Below are positions 25,300 through 35,042 of a DNA stretch of 48,338 nucleotides, piece after piece. Numbering within the stretch: position 1 is the stretch's first letter; each line of letters begins with the position of its first letter. The translations under genes and the position numbers were made by a program. Origin of the DNA: Candidatus Woesearchaeota archaeon (GTDB lineage: Archaea > Nanobdellota > Nanobdellia > Woesearchaeales > DATGWN01); assembly GCA_047639395.1 (NCBI GenBank), contig JBLINR010000001.1, positions 1 through 48,338 of the forward strand, given 5' to 3'. The notes beneath the pieces are model-generated. The model saw only the letters and a list, made by a program, of their open reading frames with translations, did no database searches and was not told where the DNA came from.

Positions 25300-25851
25300 T
25301 TGAGTATTGATATGACTCGAAAGATAATTTTAAATTTAGCAATTAGTCTAGATGGTTTTATTGCTGATTCTGAGGGTAGTTTTGCCTGGATCAAAGGAGA
25401 TGGTGATACATCTTACGATACTAAGAAAAAGTTCAATTTTGAGGCATTCATGAATACTGTTGATATTGTTGTTATGGGCAAGCTTGCTTTTCTAGATTGT
25501 CCAAAAGAAACGTTAGATACGTTTAAAGACAAGGCGATTTATGTTGCAACTAATGGTGAATTAGAGACAGAGTATACTAATGTTAAATTTATCAAAGGAG
25601 ATATAGTTTCTCAGATAACTACCTTACAAAAAGAAGACGGGAAAGATATATGGTTATTTGGCGGCGCAGGCTTAACTGACTTTTTTATCAAAGCTGATGT
25701 TATTGACGAATATGTTATTGGGTATATTCCCATCATCTTGGGAAAAGGTCGACCTTTGTTTTTGAAAGATAATCCTACTTTGGACTTACATTTAGAAGAA
25801 GTCACTTCGCAAGAAGGTATTGTTATTATGATATATACGAGAAGATCTTAA
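25300..25851 (+). CDS. RibD C-terminal / dihydrofolate-reductase-like reductase
   Basis: KIILNLAISLDGFIADSEGSFAWI...IWLFGGAGL...YVIGYIPIILGKGRPLF. The track start is TTG. ATG 25312 (MTRKII) is an alternative. Confidence 0.7.
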   Translation: MSIDMTRKIILNLAISLDGFIADSEGSFAWIKGDGDTSYDTKKKFNFEAFMNTVDIVVMGKLAFLDCPKETLDTFKDKAIYVATNGELETEYTNVKFIKGDIVSQITTLQKEDGKDIWLFGGAGLTDFFIKADVIDEYVIGYIPIILGKGRPLFLKDNPTLDLHLEEVTSQEGIVIMIYTRRS

Positions 25852-25894
25852 CTTTTTCTAAACACTTAAATATGAATAAGTTACGCCTACATAC

Positions 25895-26654
25895 ATGTTT
25901 ATTCAAAATCGAAAAGGCCTTAACATCTCAGTTGATGTAACTGTCAACGGTAAAGAAGTAGTTTTCATCATGCATGGTTTGGGTGGGTCAAAAGCACAAC
26001 TGCAAGTACAAGCATCTGCACAAGCACACCAGGAAAGAGGATATACGACTGTTGTCTTTGACACAACAAATTCTTTTGGTGAAAGTGGTGGAAAGTATGA
26101 AGATGCTACGTTAACAAATTATTATCATGATTTACAAGACGTTATTTCTTGGGCAAAAAGTCAACCATGGTATCAAGAACCATTTTCTTTATTAGGACAT
26201 AGTCTAGGTGGCACTAGCGTTGTATTATTTGCCGAAGAGAATCCGACATTAGTGAAACAACTAATTCCTGTAGCGCCTGTTGTATCTGGTAAAAGAAATA
26301 TCAGTAAATACTCATCAGAAGTATTAACAGAGTGGGAGAGAACAGGTTTGGCTTATCAAAGGTGAAAGTGATACAAAACCAGGAATGATAAAAAAGTTAC
26401 CTTGGTCGCATGTGGTTGATAAGTTACCGTATGATCTATTACCTCGTGCAGATAAATTGACTATGCCTGTGTTAATCATAGTTGGTGAAGAAGACACTTC
26501 GTGTCCTGTTGCAGATCAAGAAGCGTTGTATGATGTGTTACCGGAATCAAAGAAACTTTTGGTTCTAGAAGGGTTACCACATACATATAAGAAAAAAGAA
26601 GATATTGCAAAAGTTAAAAAAGTAATATTTGATTGGTTGGGTGAGGTTAATTAG
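25895..26654 (+). pseudogene. Alpha/beta hydrolase split by a 1-nt insertion
   Basis: The N part has FIMHGLGGS and nucleophile elbow GHSLGG. The C part has IIVGEEDT and EGLPHTY. The frames join as ...TEWERTGWLIKGESDTKPGMIKKLPW... if one T of TTT 26347..26349 is removed. Confidence 0.65.
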
Positions 26655-26728
26655 TTTTATTTAAATACCGAAAACATTTCGACTTTTTGTACTGGATATA
26701 ATTAAACTTTCTTTAATTCTTACATTTT

Positions 26729-26980
26729 ATGATACACAATCGCTCAAAACATTTAAATACGCAAACTGCACATATTGTAAGTATGGCACAATTAATGACC
26801 AAACGAATTCCTGTCTCTGAAGACATGTGGAAACGACTCGGCAAGCTTAAAGAAGCGGGTCAAACATATGATGAACTTCTTGAGAGATTATTACAATCTC
26901 ATAATCGAAGAGAGCTCGCTGTTAAACTAGATGCTGCGAAAAAAGGAAAAAGTAAGTGGACTAATCTAAATGCTGTTTAG
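26729..26980 (+). CDS. Antitoxin-like small protein (MTKRIPVSEDMWKRLGKLKEAGQTYDELLERLL type)
   Basis: The pattern is typical of small archaeal antitoxins. The true start may be internal (ATG 26783 or 26795). It lies directly upstream of a RelE-like reading frame. Confidence 0.55.
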   Translation: MIHNRSKHLNTQTAHIVSMAQLMTKRIPVSEDMWKRLGKLKEAGQTYDELLERLLQSHNRRELAVKLDAAKKGKSKWTNLNAV

Positions 26981-26983
26981 ATA

Positions 26984-27268
26984 GTGTACGGTGTTGTACT
27001 TTCTGATGATGTACTTAGATTTCTACGATCAGTATCAATCAAAAGCAAATCTATTTGTAAAAAGAATCTGCGGAAATTAACTTCACCTTATCCGGGCAGA
27101 GGAAATGGCGATAAAGAGCGATTAATTATTAGCGGAGAGGATTAATATCGGTTACACATTGGACGATCTTACACTGCTTTTTACATTATTGCTGAAAAAG
27201 AAAAATTAGTGAGAGTTGTTGAAATTCTTTCTATTAAAGACGCTCATAAGAAATATGGGTTTAACTAA
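26984..27268 (+). pseudogene. RelE/ParE-family toxin interrupted by an in-frame TAA
   Basis: A single frame reads VYGVVLSDDVLRFLRSV...PYPGRGNGDKERLIISGED-TAA(27143..27145)-YRLHIGRSYTAFYIIAEKEKLVRVVEILSIKDAHKKYGFN. The second half carries the canonical YRxRxGxYR...V..I..R RelE core. Confidence 0.6.
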
Positions 27269-27273
27269 ATCAC

Positions 27274-28257
27274 CTAAGCAATATGTTTTGCAATCTCGGC
27301 TGCAAGATCCCCAAATGTTGTTAACTGAGATTCATATTGATCGATATCTTCTTTATGTATAGTTGTATCAAATGCTTTTGTTTTAAGGCTGGCAAGTAAC
27401 TTTCCAGAAAAGAAACACAGCATCGTACTTCCTACGAACTCTATACGAACATCGCTTTTTAATTTAGCAATATCAAGTAATGTTGTTTGTACAACTGGTG
27501 TAATCATTTGCATAGCTGCTTGTTTGTCAACTTTACCTGTATACTTAATGATAAATTTATCATTAAATTGAACCGATTCAACATTAACATCTTTTTTTGA
27601 GAAAAAGTTTGTAATTTTGTTTCCTATATTCTCAGGAACAATTTGGATATTTTTTAGTGCCTTTTTTGGTAATTGAAATGCAATAATTGTAAATGGATAA
27701 TAAGATGTTGAATTGTTCTTCCCACCTGATTTTATAACTTGTGTGTAGAGAGCAGTATAAAAATTCATTTTATTTAATTTTCCCCAGAATTGATCTTCAA
27801 CTGTTTCATATGTGCCTGTTGGAAGTGTACGAAATGTAGTATTCAAAAGACTTGCTTTGGGTCTTTGATCTTTTGGATCATATAACCACCCATTTTGTTT
27901 TGCAATTTGGCCTTTTACCATATCGATAATCATTTTTTTAAGAATAAATAGCAAGCTAAATGGCGAGATAATCATTAATATGGCAACAATCACAAGGGGG
28001 CCAAAAAGAAGGAATGGTAGAAACAAAACAAAACCCAAAACACAAAGAATTGTGGACCATTTTTTGAGGTGATCACGCCGAAGGTTTGCAAATTCCCATT
28101 CTAATTCTTCTTGTCGGCGTCCGATTTGATTATCATATACATTTGCAGGATCCCATGTAGGTGTAGAATATGTTTCTTTGGATGGTGTAAATGTACCATT
28201 AAAAACCCATTTGTTGAAGGCTTTTAATCCTTTGAGTGCTTCTATTTTCGAAACCAT
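27274..28257 (-). CDS. Membrane protein co-transcribed with LemA (DUF3137-like, tentative)
   Basis: 327 aa with two central TM helices (ILCVLGFVLFLPFLLFGPLVIVAILMIISPFSLLFIL). Its start overlaps the lemA 3' end by 16 nt. Confidence 0.45.
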   Translation of the reverse strand: MVSKIEALKGLKAFNKWVFNGTFTPSKETYSTPTWDPANVYDNQIGRRQEELEWEFANLRRDHLKKWSTILCVLGFVLFLPFLLFGPLVIVAILMIISPFSLLFILKKMIIDMVKGQIAKQNGWLYDPKDQRPKASLLNTTFRTLPTGTYETVEDQFWGKLNKMNFYTALYTQVIKSGGKNNSTSYYPFTIIAFQLPKKALKNIQIVPENIGNKITNFFSKKDVNVESVQFNDKFIIKYTGKVDKQAAMQMITPVVQTTLLDIAKLKSDVRIEFVGSTMLCFFSGKLLASLKTKAFDTTIHKEDIDQYESQLTTFGDLAAEIAKHIA

Positions 28258-28748
28258 TTTTTCTCGTTAATGCCAGCAACTTTTGCAAATAGATTATTCG
28301 GAAACACTTGGATTTTTGTGTTATAGAGTGTAACGTTCTCATTATAGATACGTCGAGAAGCTGCAATTTGATTTTCAGTTTGACTTAATTCTTCTTGAAG
28401 TTTAATATAATTTTTATTTGCTTTAAGATCTGGATAATTTTCAGCTACACCAAAGATTGTTTTCATTTGTCCGAGTAGTTGTGTGTTAAGTCCAGCTAAT
28501 ACTTGTGCATCTGTTGCTTGTGTCATTTGGGTACGGAGTTTTGCTACATTTTCAAACAATGTTTTTTCATGTTTAGCATATCCTTTTACTGTTTTAATGA
28601 GATTCGGAATAAGATCTGATCGTCGCTTAAGTTGAACATCTATTCCTGACCATGAATTCTCAACACCGTTCTTGAGTCTAATTATACCATTGTAGATAGC
28701 AATTACCCAAATAACGATAACTGCAAGGATAATAAATATGAATACCAT
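28242..28748 (-). CDS. lemA: LemA family protein
   Basis: N-terminal TM then YNGIIRLKNGVENSWSGIDVQLKRRSDLIPNLIKTVKGYAKHEKTLFENV, the LemA signature. Confidence 0.85.
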   Translation of the reverse strand: MVFIFIILAVIVIWVIAIYNGIIRLKNGVENSWSGIDVQLKRRSDLIPNLIKTVKGYAKHEKTLFENVAKLRTQMTQATDAQVLAGLNTQLLGQMKTIFGVAENYPDLKANKNYIKLQEELSQTENQIAASRRIYNENVTLYNTKIQVFPNNLFAKVAGINEKKWFRK

Positions 28749-28793
28749 GTGTGATTTTTGTGTGTAAATGAATATAAAGTTATCGTAAACTAA

Positions 28794-29069
28794 TTATTGT
28801 GTTGTTACAATATCTTTTTTATCATTGATCCACTTTTGAAGGCCACCATTAAGAATTTCAACACTTTTGTAGCCGAGTGATTTTAAGATAGTTTGCGCAC
28901 GGATTGCTTCACTTGAAGCATTGTTCCATCCATAAACAACAATTTCTGTATCTTTAGGGATGCTTTTTTGAATATCATCTGCGAAATCGATCTTGCTCAC
29001 ACTAAAATTAACAGCATCTTTGATATGCGTCTGTGCGTACGAATCCGAAGGGAGAACATCAATTATCAT
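28794..29069 (-). CDS. Rhodanese-like domain protein lacking the catalytic Cys
   Basis: IIDVLPSDSYAQTHIKDAVNF...VVYGWNNASSEA...LNGGLQKW. The position of the active-site Cys reads G-W. Confidence 0.65.
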   Translation of the reverse strand: MIIDVLPSDSYAQTHIKDAVNFSVSKIDFADDIQKSIPKDTEIVVYGWNNASSEAIRAQTILKSLGYKSVEILNGGLQKWINDKKDIVTTQ

Positions 29070-29258
29070 GGGTTTTTACCTATATAGTCACAAATACTCC
29101 AAGTCTTTTTAAGTGTTTGTGTTTTTGATTTATGGCAACATCTGTAAGTTTAGAAAAGTTAAATAGAAGCTTTTTAGGTTTGATTAGGAAAACAAAAAGT
29201 TTAAAAATGGCGTTTTCACTTTTTACAGTATTATTACATATGGAGGTATGCAGTTAAA

Positions 29259-29522
29259 ATGATAGGGAGTTCAACAAAAGCAACAGGATGGCTATTTTTA
29301 ATATTAGGTGTTTTGCTTGTATTACAGGATTTAGGTAAAACAGAATTGTTTGGTCTAAGCGCAGCAACATTATTCTTTTTGATCGTTGGAATTGCTTTGG
29401 CATTCGGATGTTCTGGGTCTTGTTCATCTGGTAAAACAGAAAAAGCAAAACCAGTAGCAGCAAGAAAAGCAGCACCAAAGAAAGTCGCAGCAAAGAAAAA
29501 AGCAACTAAAAAGCGAAGATAA
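29259..29522 (+). CDS. Small two-TM protein with a Lys/Ala-rich tail
   Basis: 87 aa: two hydrophobic helices, a CSGSCSSG stretch, then KAKPVAARKAAPKKVAAKKKATKKRR. Confidence 0.45.
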   Translation: MIGSSTKATGWLFLILGVLLVLQDLGKTELFGLSAATLFFLIVGIALAFGCSGSCSSGKTEKAKPVAARKAAPKKVAAKKKATKKRR

Positions 29523-29527
29523 TTTTT

Positions 29528-31015
29528 TTATTTTAATGCGTGTAAAATGGCATGCATTCCTTTTTCTATACTACTTATTGGAAAGTTTTCTCCAGGACCA
29601 TGTGCCTTATTATTCGGTGGCATTAGTCCTAAGAATAAAATTGACTTGGAAATATGATCTGCAAATGTTGAACTTATAGGAATAGATCCGCCAGATGCTA
29701 TTGTATGTACAACTTGTTGATCAGTTATTTTCTTGACAAACGCTGCAACTAGTGGGTCATTCACATCCACTGCATAAGGTGCAGCACAAGCAGTTATGGT
29801 TGTATCTGCAACTGTGATAGGTAATTTTTGATTGGCTACGAGACGAAATGTTAGATGTGTCATTGAAATTTTAGGTTTGAGTTGTACTTCTTGCTTTTCA
29901 ATTGTGACTGGTAATCCGCATGATTCTAATAATTCTTTCTTTGGCGTTGGGTCTTCTTTTACAAACATGTACCCATTAGGGAAAATTGCAGTTGTTATTT
30001 CTTCACATCCATATTGAACGCTGAGTATTTCGTTATCAAGTATATGTGCGATATGAGCTAGTGTTAAACCAGGTTCAATAACTGGACCACCAAATGATCC
30101 TGAGTGTAAACAGTGCAAAGGTCCTTTGACAGATATTTTATACGCTTCTCCTGCATATTCTTCAGTTCCACAGATTTGTACAGGTGTGATTGTTGGTCTG
30201 TACCATGCGTGTTGGACTGCTGTATACCCTTGTTCTGGTTTGATATTAATTCCTGCTTCTTCAATTTCTGTTTGTGTGATTTTTTCAATCTTTGGATCAA
30301 TTGGAAGAGGTTCCAATACATCGTCATAGAAGCCATCCAAGAGTACTTTATTTGTACTGGGGTCGTGAAGGTTGTGAATTTGGTTAAGAAGCTCTGTTGG
30401 GTTTTCTGCTACCATACGTGAGACTACAATCCCCTTCAAAGTAGATGTAAGTGCAATTTCTCCTGCAATTGGTGTATCAGTATCTGTAATAACAATAAGG
30501 TTTGTTTTGAGAAGTTCTTTATTCTCTTCGACAAATGTTTCAAAAGACTCACTTCCATATTCTTCATTACCCTCAATAATAACTTTAATGTTGTAGCTTG
30601 AAGTTGTGAGTTTTGAAAGTGCGTACATAACATAGGCAATTTGGCCTTTATTGTCCGCTGCGCCTCTTGCAATAAGTGAGTCTCCCTTGATTACTGGTGT
30701 GAAGGGGTCAGTTTCCCAATCACGAACAGGTTGCACATCATAGTGTCCGTAAAAAAGTACTGTTGGGTTATTCGGATTAAATTCTTTTGAAGCAAATACA
30801 ACATCATTTCTAGCTGTTGGGTGTCTTGTTACTTTGAAATCTATATTTTTGAAATAATCAACAAGAAATTGAGCACAGTTGTCACAATCCTCTTTATGAG
30901 ATTCATCTGCGCTGATACTAGGAATCTTTAGAAATGGGATAAGAACCGTATCAATAAATGTCTGTGCGTCACTCATGACTTTAAGATAGTAGCTGCTTTT
31001 AAAAACCTTACTCAA
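29528..31015 (-). CDS. M20-family metallopeptidase (dipeptidase/ArgE/DapE-like)
   Basis: FYGHYDVQP, ARGAADNKGQ, EGNEEYGS. Confidence 0.8.
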   Translation of the reverse strand: MSKVFKSSYYLKVMSDAQTFIDTVLIPFLKIPSISADESHKEDCDNCAQFLVDYFKNIDFKVTRHPTARNDVVFASKEFNPNNPTVLFYGHYDVQPVRDWETDPFTPVIKGDSLIARGAADNKGQIAYVMYALSKLTTSSYNIKVIIEGNEEYGSESFETFVEENKELLKTNLIVITDTDTPIAGEIALTSTLKGIVVSRMVAENPTELLNQIHNLHDPSTNKVLLDGFYDDVLEPLPIDPKIEKITQTEIEEAGINIKPEQGYTAVQHAWYRPTITPVQICGTEEYAGEAYKISVKGPLHCLHSGSFGGPVIEPGLTLAHIAHILDNEILSVQYGCEEITTAIFPNGYMFVKEDPTPKKELLESCGLPVTIEKQEVQLKPKISMTHLTFRLVANQKLPITVADTTITACAAPYAVDVNDPLVAAFVKKITDQQVVHTIASGGSIPISSTFADHISKSILFLGLMPPNNKAHGPGENFPISSIEKGMHAILHALK

Positions 31016-31952
31016 AAATCCCAGGACTTACATACGTATGTTTGAGAATCTTTTCAGAATAGACTAATTTGTAGTTTGCAATCTTACAATGTGTTCGTAG
31101 ATCGTTAATGATCTTTTTACCTTCGGGCTTTTCTATAAGTGCAATCAACTCGTACTGCCCAATTGACTTGGTTACTCTAATAACATTTGGATGGATTTTC
31201 ATATACTCAATAACTTTGTCAATAGCCTGCGGATCATCATAATCTAGTTCTAAGAGTAAATATGATCTTGTTAAATTTAATAATTCAGTATCAATTCCAA
31301 TAGTGTATCTCCTGATCACTTTTTGCTGTTCTAAGTATTTTTTAATACGTAATATTGCTTTTGGATCAAGCCCACATTTTTCACTCATTGTAGTTATTGG
31401 TGTTCTTGGATTTTCCCATAGTAGTTTGAGAACAGCCTTTTCTTTCTCTTTAAGCGCAATAACATCTCGGTCTCCTGCAAGAATTATACCATGATCATTT
31501 CGACTTGTTGTAAAGTAGTTTCTAGTGAAAAGGTGTTTTACAATGACTACATACACTTCACTCATACGAATATGTCGTTTAAATGTATGTAAGAATGCTC
31601 TATTTTCTTTATTAAATAAGGATAAGTTAGGGACACAGAATTCAACCAGTAAGTCGCTCCCTTCTGTTAATTCTTCAACAAGGCTCGTATAGTGGTGTTT
31701 TACTAAATGGTCTTTTATTTGCTTTGTTTTCTCTAACTGCATATAGTTGTAAAATACCATGACTGAAACAAATCCAAATCTTGCCGGATCAATGATAGTT
31801 TGAAAACTTGTGAGAATACCTTGATCTTGAAGATGAGAAATACTGTAACTTGCAGCTTGTTGACTAATTCTGATTTTCTTTGCAAGCTGTTTTGTGGTGA
31901 TTCTGCTATCTAAGCCAAGTTCATAGAGTACTTTGGATGTGTTTTTATTCAT
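31008..31952 (-). CDS. Lrp/AsnC-family regulator with duplicated HTH-plus-ligand modules
   Basis: Two HTH segments (ITTKQLAKKIRISQQAASYSISHLQDQGIL and PITTMSEKCGLDPKAILRIKKYLEQQKVI), each followed by a RAM-like segment. The 3' end overlaps the M20 start by 8 nt. Confidence 0.7.
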   Translation of the reverse strand: MNKNTSKVLYELGLDSRITTKQLAKKIRISQQAASYSISHLQDQGILTSFQTIIDPARFGFVSVMVFYNYMQLEKTKQIKDHLVKHHYTSLVEELTEGSDLLVEFCVPNLSLFNKENRAFLHTFKRHIRMSEVYVVIVKHLFTRNYFTTSRNDHGIILAGDRDVIALKEKEKAVLKLLWENPRTPITTMSEKCGLDPKAILRIKKYLEQQKVIRRYTIGIDTELLNLTRSYLLLELDYDDPQAIDKVIEYMKIHPNVIRVTKSIGQYELIALIEKPEGKKIINDLRTHCKIANYKLVYSEKILKHTYVSPGIFE

Positions 31953-32028
31953 AGTAGTATCTGCTTAAAATTGTATAAAAAGAAAAATAAACAAAGAAGT
32001 TTAAAAAAGTATTGTTGCAAAATCTCGT

Positions 32029-32739
32029 CTATGAGATTAATGCAACAAAGTCATCATAATTTCTTGGTTGAACCTTTCGCCCATTATAATAAAATGTGGG
32101 TGTTGATCCTACGCCGAACTTAACTGCGCTTTGGTATTGATGTTCAACAATTGCTGCGGCTGCATCATCTGCCATATCAATTTTGAATTGATCAACATTC
32201 ATTCCTAACTCTTTAGCGTACGAAGCAAAGATTGTTTTTGGACTTCCAAGTGTTCCCCACTCATCTTGTTTTTCGAAAAGTGTGTCATGCATTTCCCAAA
32301 ACATACCTTGTTTTGCTGCTGCTTCACTTGCGATTGCTGCAATGTTTGCATTTTTATGAATATTTTTTAATGGCAAGTGTCTGTAAATAAATTTAACTTC
32401 GTCACTATAGTCTTCTACAAACTGTTTTGCTATCGGATAATATGATCCGCATGCTGGACATTGAAAGTCGCTATATTCTATGAAAACATGCTGTGACTGT
32501 TGTGCTCCTTTTACATGGTCAATAGTTGATGGTGTAGTTAATCCGAGTACGGGTAACCCTGTTGTGTCAACTTTTGCTGATTTTAGAAGCAGAATGAAAA
32601 AGACAATGATGATAATACCTATGATAGTACCAATTACATATCTACGCGCTGTTCGCATACGGTTACTATTTCGGTGATGTGAGCTTTGTTTCTGCTTTTC
32701 TTCGTCTTTGTCAGACTTGTTATTGTGATGTTTTGCCAT
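32029..32739 (-). CDS. Membrane-anchored DsbA-family thiol:disulfide oxidoreductase
   Basis: His/Lys-rich N-tail, one TM, EYSDFQCPACGSYY (CPxC). Confidence 0.8.
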   Translation of the reverse strand: MAKHHNNKSDKDEEKQKQSSHHRNSNRMRTARRYVIGTIIGIIIIVFFILLLKSAKVDTTGLPVLGLTTPSTIDHVKGAQQSQHVFIEYSDFQCPACGSYYPIAKQFVEDYSDEVKFIYRHLPLKNIHKNANIAAIASEAAAKQGMFWEMHDTLFEKQDEWGTLGSPKTIFASYAKELGMNVDQFKIDMADDAAAAIVEHQYQSAVKFGVGSTPTFYYNGRKVQPRNYDDFVALIS

Positions 32740-32856
32740 TTTTTTATCTTGTAGATGGTTTGAGAATCTTTGTATATAAAGCTTACTCTTTATGGTGGGA
32801 GTTGTGGCTGAGTCTGCTTAGAAATGATAAATTCAAATAGCTAAGTTCGTTAGTAG

Positions 32857-33408
32857 TTATAATTCCTCTAATTTCCGAAGTGCGTCTGTATACATTGGTT
32901 TGGCAATCGTCTTTGCCTCTTCTAATGTAATACGATCAAACATCCAATCAAATTTATCTTGTATTACCTTTTCCCCCATTACGGGTGCTTTTTCTGAAAC
33001 AAAGTAAGCGGCATTGGTTTCAAAGAAACTAATACTATCGCAGTCTTTTAGTAGGTTTTGATCATCATCTCCACCAACTTCATGTTTTGATACGAGATGT
33101 TTAACTCTGGTGATAAAATTATTATCAACACCTTCTTTTTTTAGAAACTCACCAATTATTCTTGCTCCTTCTTCTTGATGAAAGGTAAGGAACTCTTCAT
33201 CTCTAAATTCATCTTTCTTTTTTTTGGATACTTGCGGAGTTTCAGGTTTTCTTAAAGCCCTTTCAATATCGTGAGAATATGCTGCTATAATTAAGGCATC
33301 GTCTGCGTCTGGTTTTAGAACTTTTATCCAATGAACAGTTCTATCAAAATGTTTGATATTCTTGCCCTTAAAAGCGTCATTGACAAATGTGATTACTTTG
33401 TTATACAT
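32857..33408 (-). CDS. HD-domain protein
   Basis: From ATG 33408: MYNKVITFVNDAF...IIAAYSHDIERA...VSKHEVGGDDD. The upstream extension in the track has no support. Confidence 0.6.
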   Translation of the reverse strand: MYNKVITFVNDAFKGKNIKHFDRTVHWIKVLKPDADDALIIAAYSHDIERALRKPETPQVSKKKKDEFRDEEFLTFHQEEGARIIGEFLKKEGVDNNFITRVKHLVSKHEVGGDDDQNLLKDCDSISFFETNAAYFVSEKAPVMGEKVIQDKFDWMFDRITLEEAKTIAKPMYTDALRKLEEL

Positions 33409-33491
33409 ATAGAATTGAAGTTGGTTGATTCTTAAAAAGTTTATGTAAACTAACTGGGGAGATAAGAAGACAGTGTGAGCCATAATATTTT

Positions 33492-33869
33492 CTAAACAAG
33501 AATAATCTTCTCTCTAATCGCAAATGGTGCTTTGCCTTTTTTGTGGATCTTCATATGATTATCACTAAGAACTTGGGATTTATCAAATTTAAAAGTTTCA
33601 ATGAAACCCTCAGGTTTTTTGTCAATCCATTTTTCAATTATTCCATAATAAACGACTTTAAAGCTTTTGCGAGTTTCTTTTTCTTCTGACCAGTTACCAT
33701 CGAGTTTTTGATCAAGCAAGTCAAAAACGATGTGTTCATACCATTGGAATGTTCCCAGTAACTCATCTTTAATATCAATCTTGCGTGCGAGGAGAAATTT
33801 TTCAGTTTTAGGCAGGATATAGAATTCTGTCTTAAATCCTTTGTATTCTTTGACATCAACAAGTTTCAT
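33492..33869 (-). CDS. Hypothetical protein
   Basis: 125 aa from ATG 33869 (MKLVDVKEYKGF...). No recognisable motif. Confidence 0.35.
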   Translation of the reverse strand: MKLVDVKEYKGFKTEFYILPKTEKFLLARKIDIKDELLGTFQWYEHIVFDLLDQKLDGNWSEEKETRKSFKVVYYGIIEKWIDKKPEGFIETFKFDKSQVLSDNHMKIHKKGKAPFAIREKIILV

Positions 33870-34013
33870 ATGTATTTGAATGAATAGAAGTTTAAGTGTT
33901 TTTTGAAATATAAATGTAAGTAACATCTTCAGTTATTATTGTGGTAGCAAGTTATACTTGTACGTGCACAAATAACCGAAACATTTAAATACATCTGTGC
34001 CCATACACACACT

Positions 34014-34958
34014 ATGACCTATGTAGAAACCATAAAGAGAGGAGATAAAGAATATTATTACCTCACAAAGAACATAAGGGTGGATACTAACAAATGGAAG
34101 AAGGTACGAGTTTATGTTGGGGATAAGAAACCAAGCAAATTAGATGTTAAGAAGTACGTTTGTGAGATTGAGAAAAGAGTTGAAAAAGAAGGTCTTACAA
34201 AATCTGAATATTCTCTTCTTTCAAATGAAGATACGGAGACACTCCAAGATCTAAAAGAAGGTTACAAGGAATGGTTGAAGAAAACTCCTGAAGGCTTAAG
34301 AAAAAAACTACATGATGAGTTTGTAATTAGATTTACGTACAACACTAATGCTATTGAAGGAAACAGATTGACTTTACGACAAACTGCTCTTATTCTCAAA
34401 GATAAAGTTATTCCCTCTGGAATTAGAACTTCTGATTATCATGAAGCTATTAATGGAAAAGAATGTTTAGAATTTTTTAAATCATATAGTGGAGGTCTAA
34501 ACAACACCTTTTTGGAAAAAGTTAATGCTATTTTAACAAAAAATACAGATGTTTTTTATAGTGGTCAAATAAGATTTTTTGATGTTACAATAATTGGTTC
34601 GAAACATGTACCTCCGAAACATGAAGAAGTCAAGGGTCATCTGTTGAATATGTATAAATGGTATAGTGCCAATAAAAATAAACTTCATCCTTTTGAATTA
34701 GCAACAATGATTCATGCAAAGTTAGCATGGATTCATCCATTTGAAGACGGAAATGGAAGATCGGCTCGTGCGATAATGAACTGGCTCTTGATTAAGAAGG
34801 AATATCCTATGTTTTTTATTCCGTTTGATAACAGAGAGGACTATTATTTGACTTTAGAAGAAGCAGATAAAGAAAATTATAGAAACTATGTTTCCAAGAT
34901 GTTAGGATTAGTTATTGACCAAGTTAGAACTTACGGGCACAAAGAAAAGAAAGATTGA
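34014..34958 (+). CDS. Fic-family protein (AMPylase type) with an N-terminal inhibitory helix motif
   Basis: Fic motif HPFEDGNGRSARA. Upstream TNAIEGN fits the (S/T)xxxE(G/N) inhibitory motif. TATA CATTTAAATA (33982..33991) lies 23 nt before the ATG. Confidence 0.9.
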   Translation: MTYVETIKRGDKEYYYLTKNIRVDTNKWKKVRVYVGDKKPSKLDVKKYVCEIEKRVEKEGLTKSEYSLLSNEDTETLQDLKEGYKEWLKKTPEGLRKKLHDEFVIRFTYNTNAIEGNRLTLRQTALILKDKVIPSGIRTSDYHEAINGKECLEFFKSYSGGLNNTFLEKVNAILTKNTDVFYSGQIRFFDVTIIGSKHVPPKHEEVKGHLLNMYKWYSANKNKLHPFELATMIHAKLAWIHPFEDGNGRSARAIMNWLLIKKEYPMFFIPFDNREDYYLTLEEADKENYRNYVSKMLGLVIDQVRTYGHKEKKD

Positions 34959-35042
34959 TTTGTACGGGCACAAAATTCTTTTTACAAAAATTATTGTGAG
35001 AAGATCTTTGTTTTGTATATGGCGCTACTAATAAAAAACACC

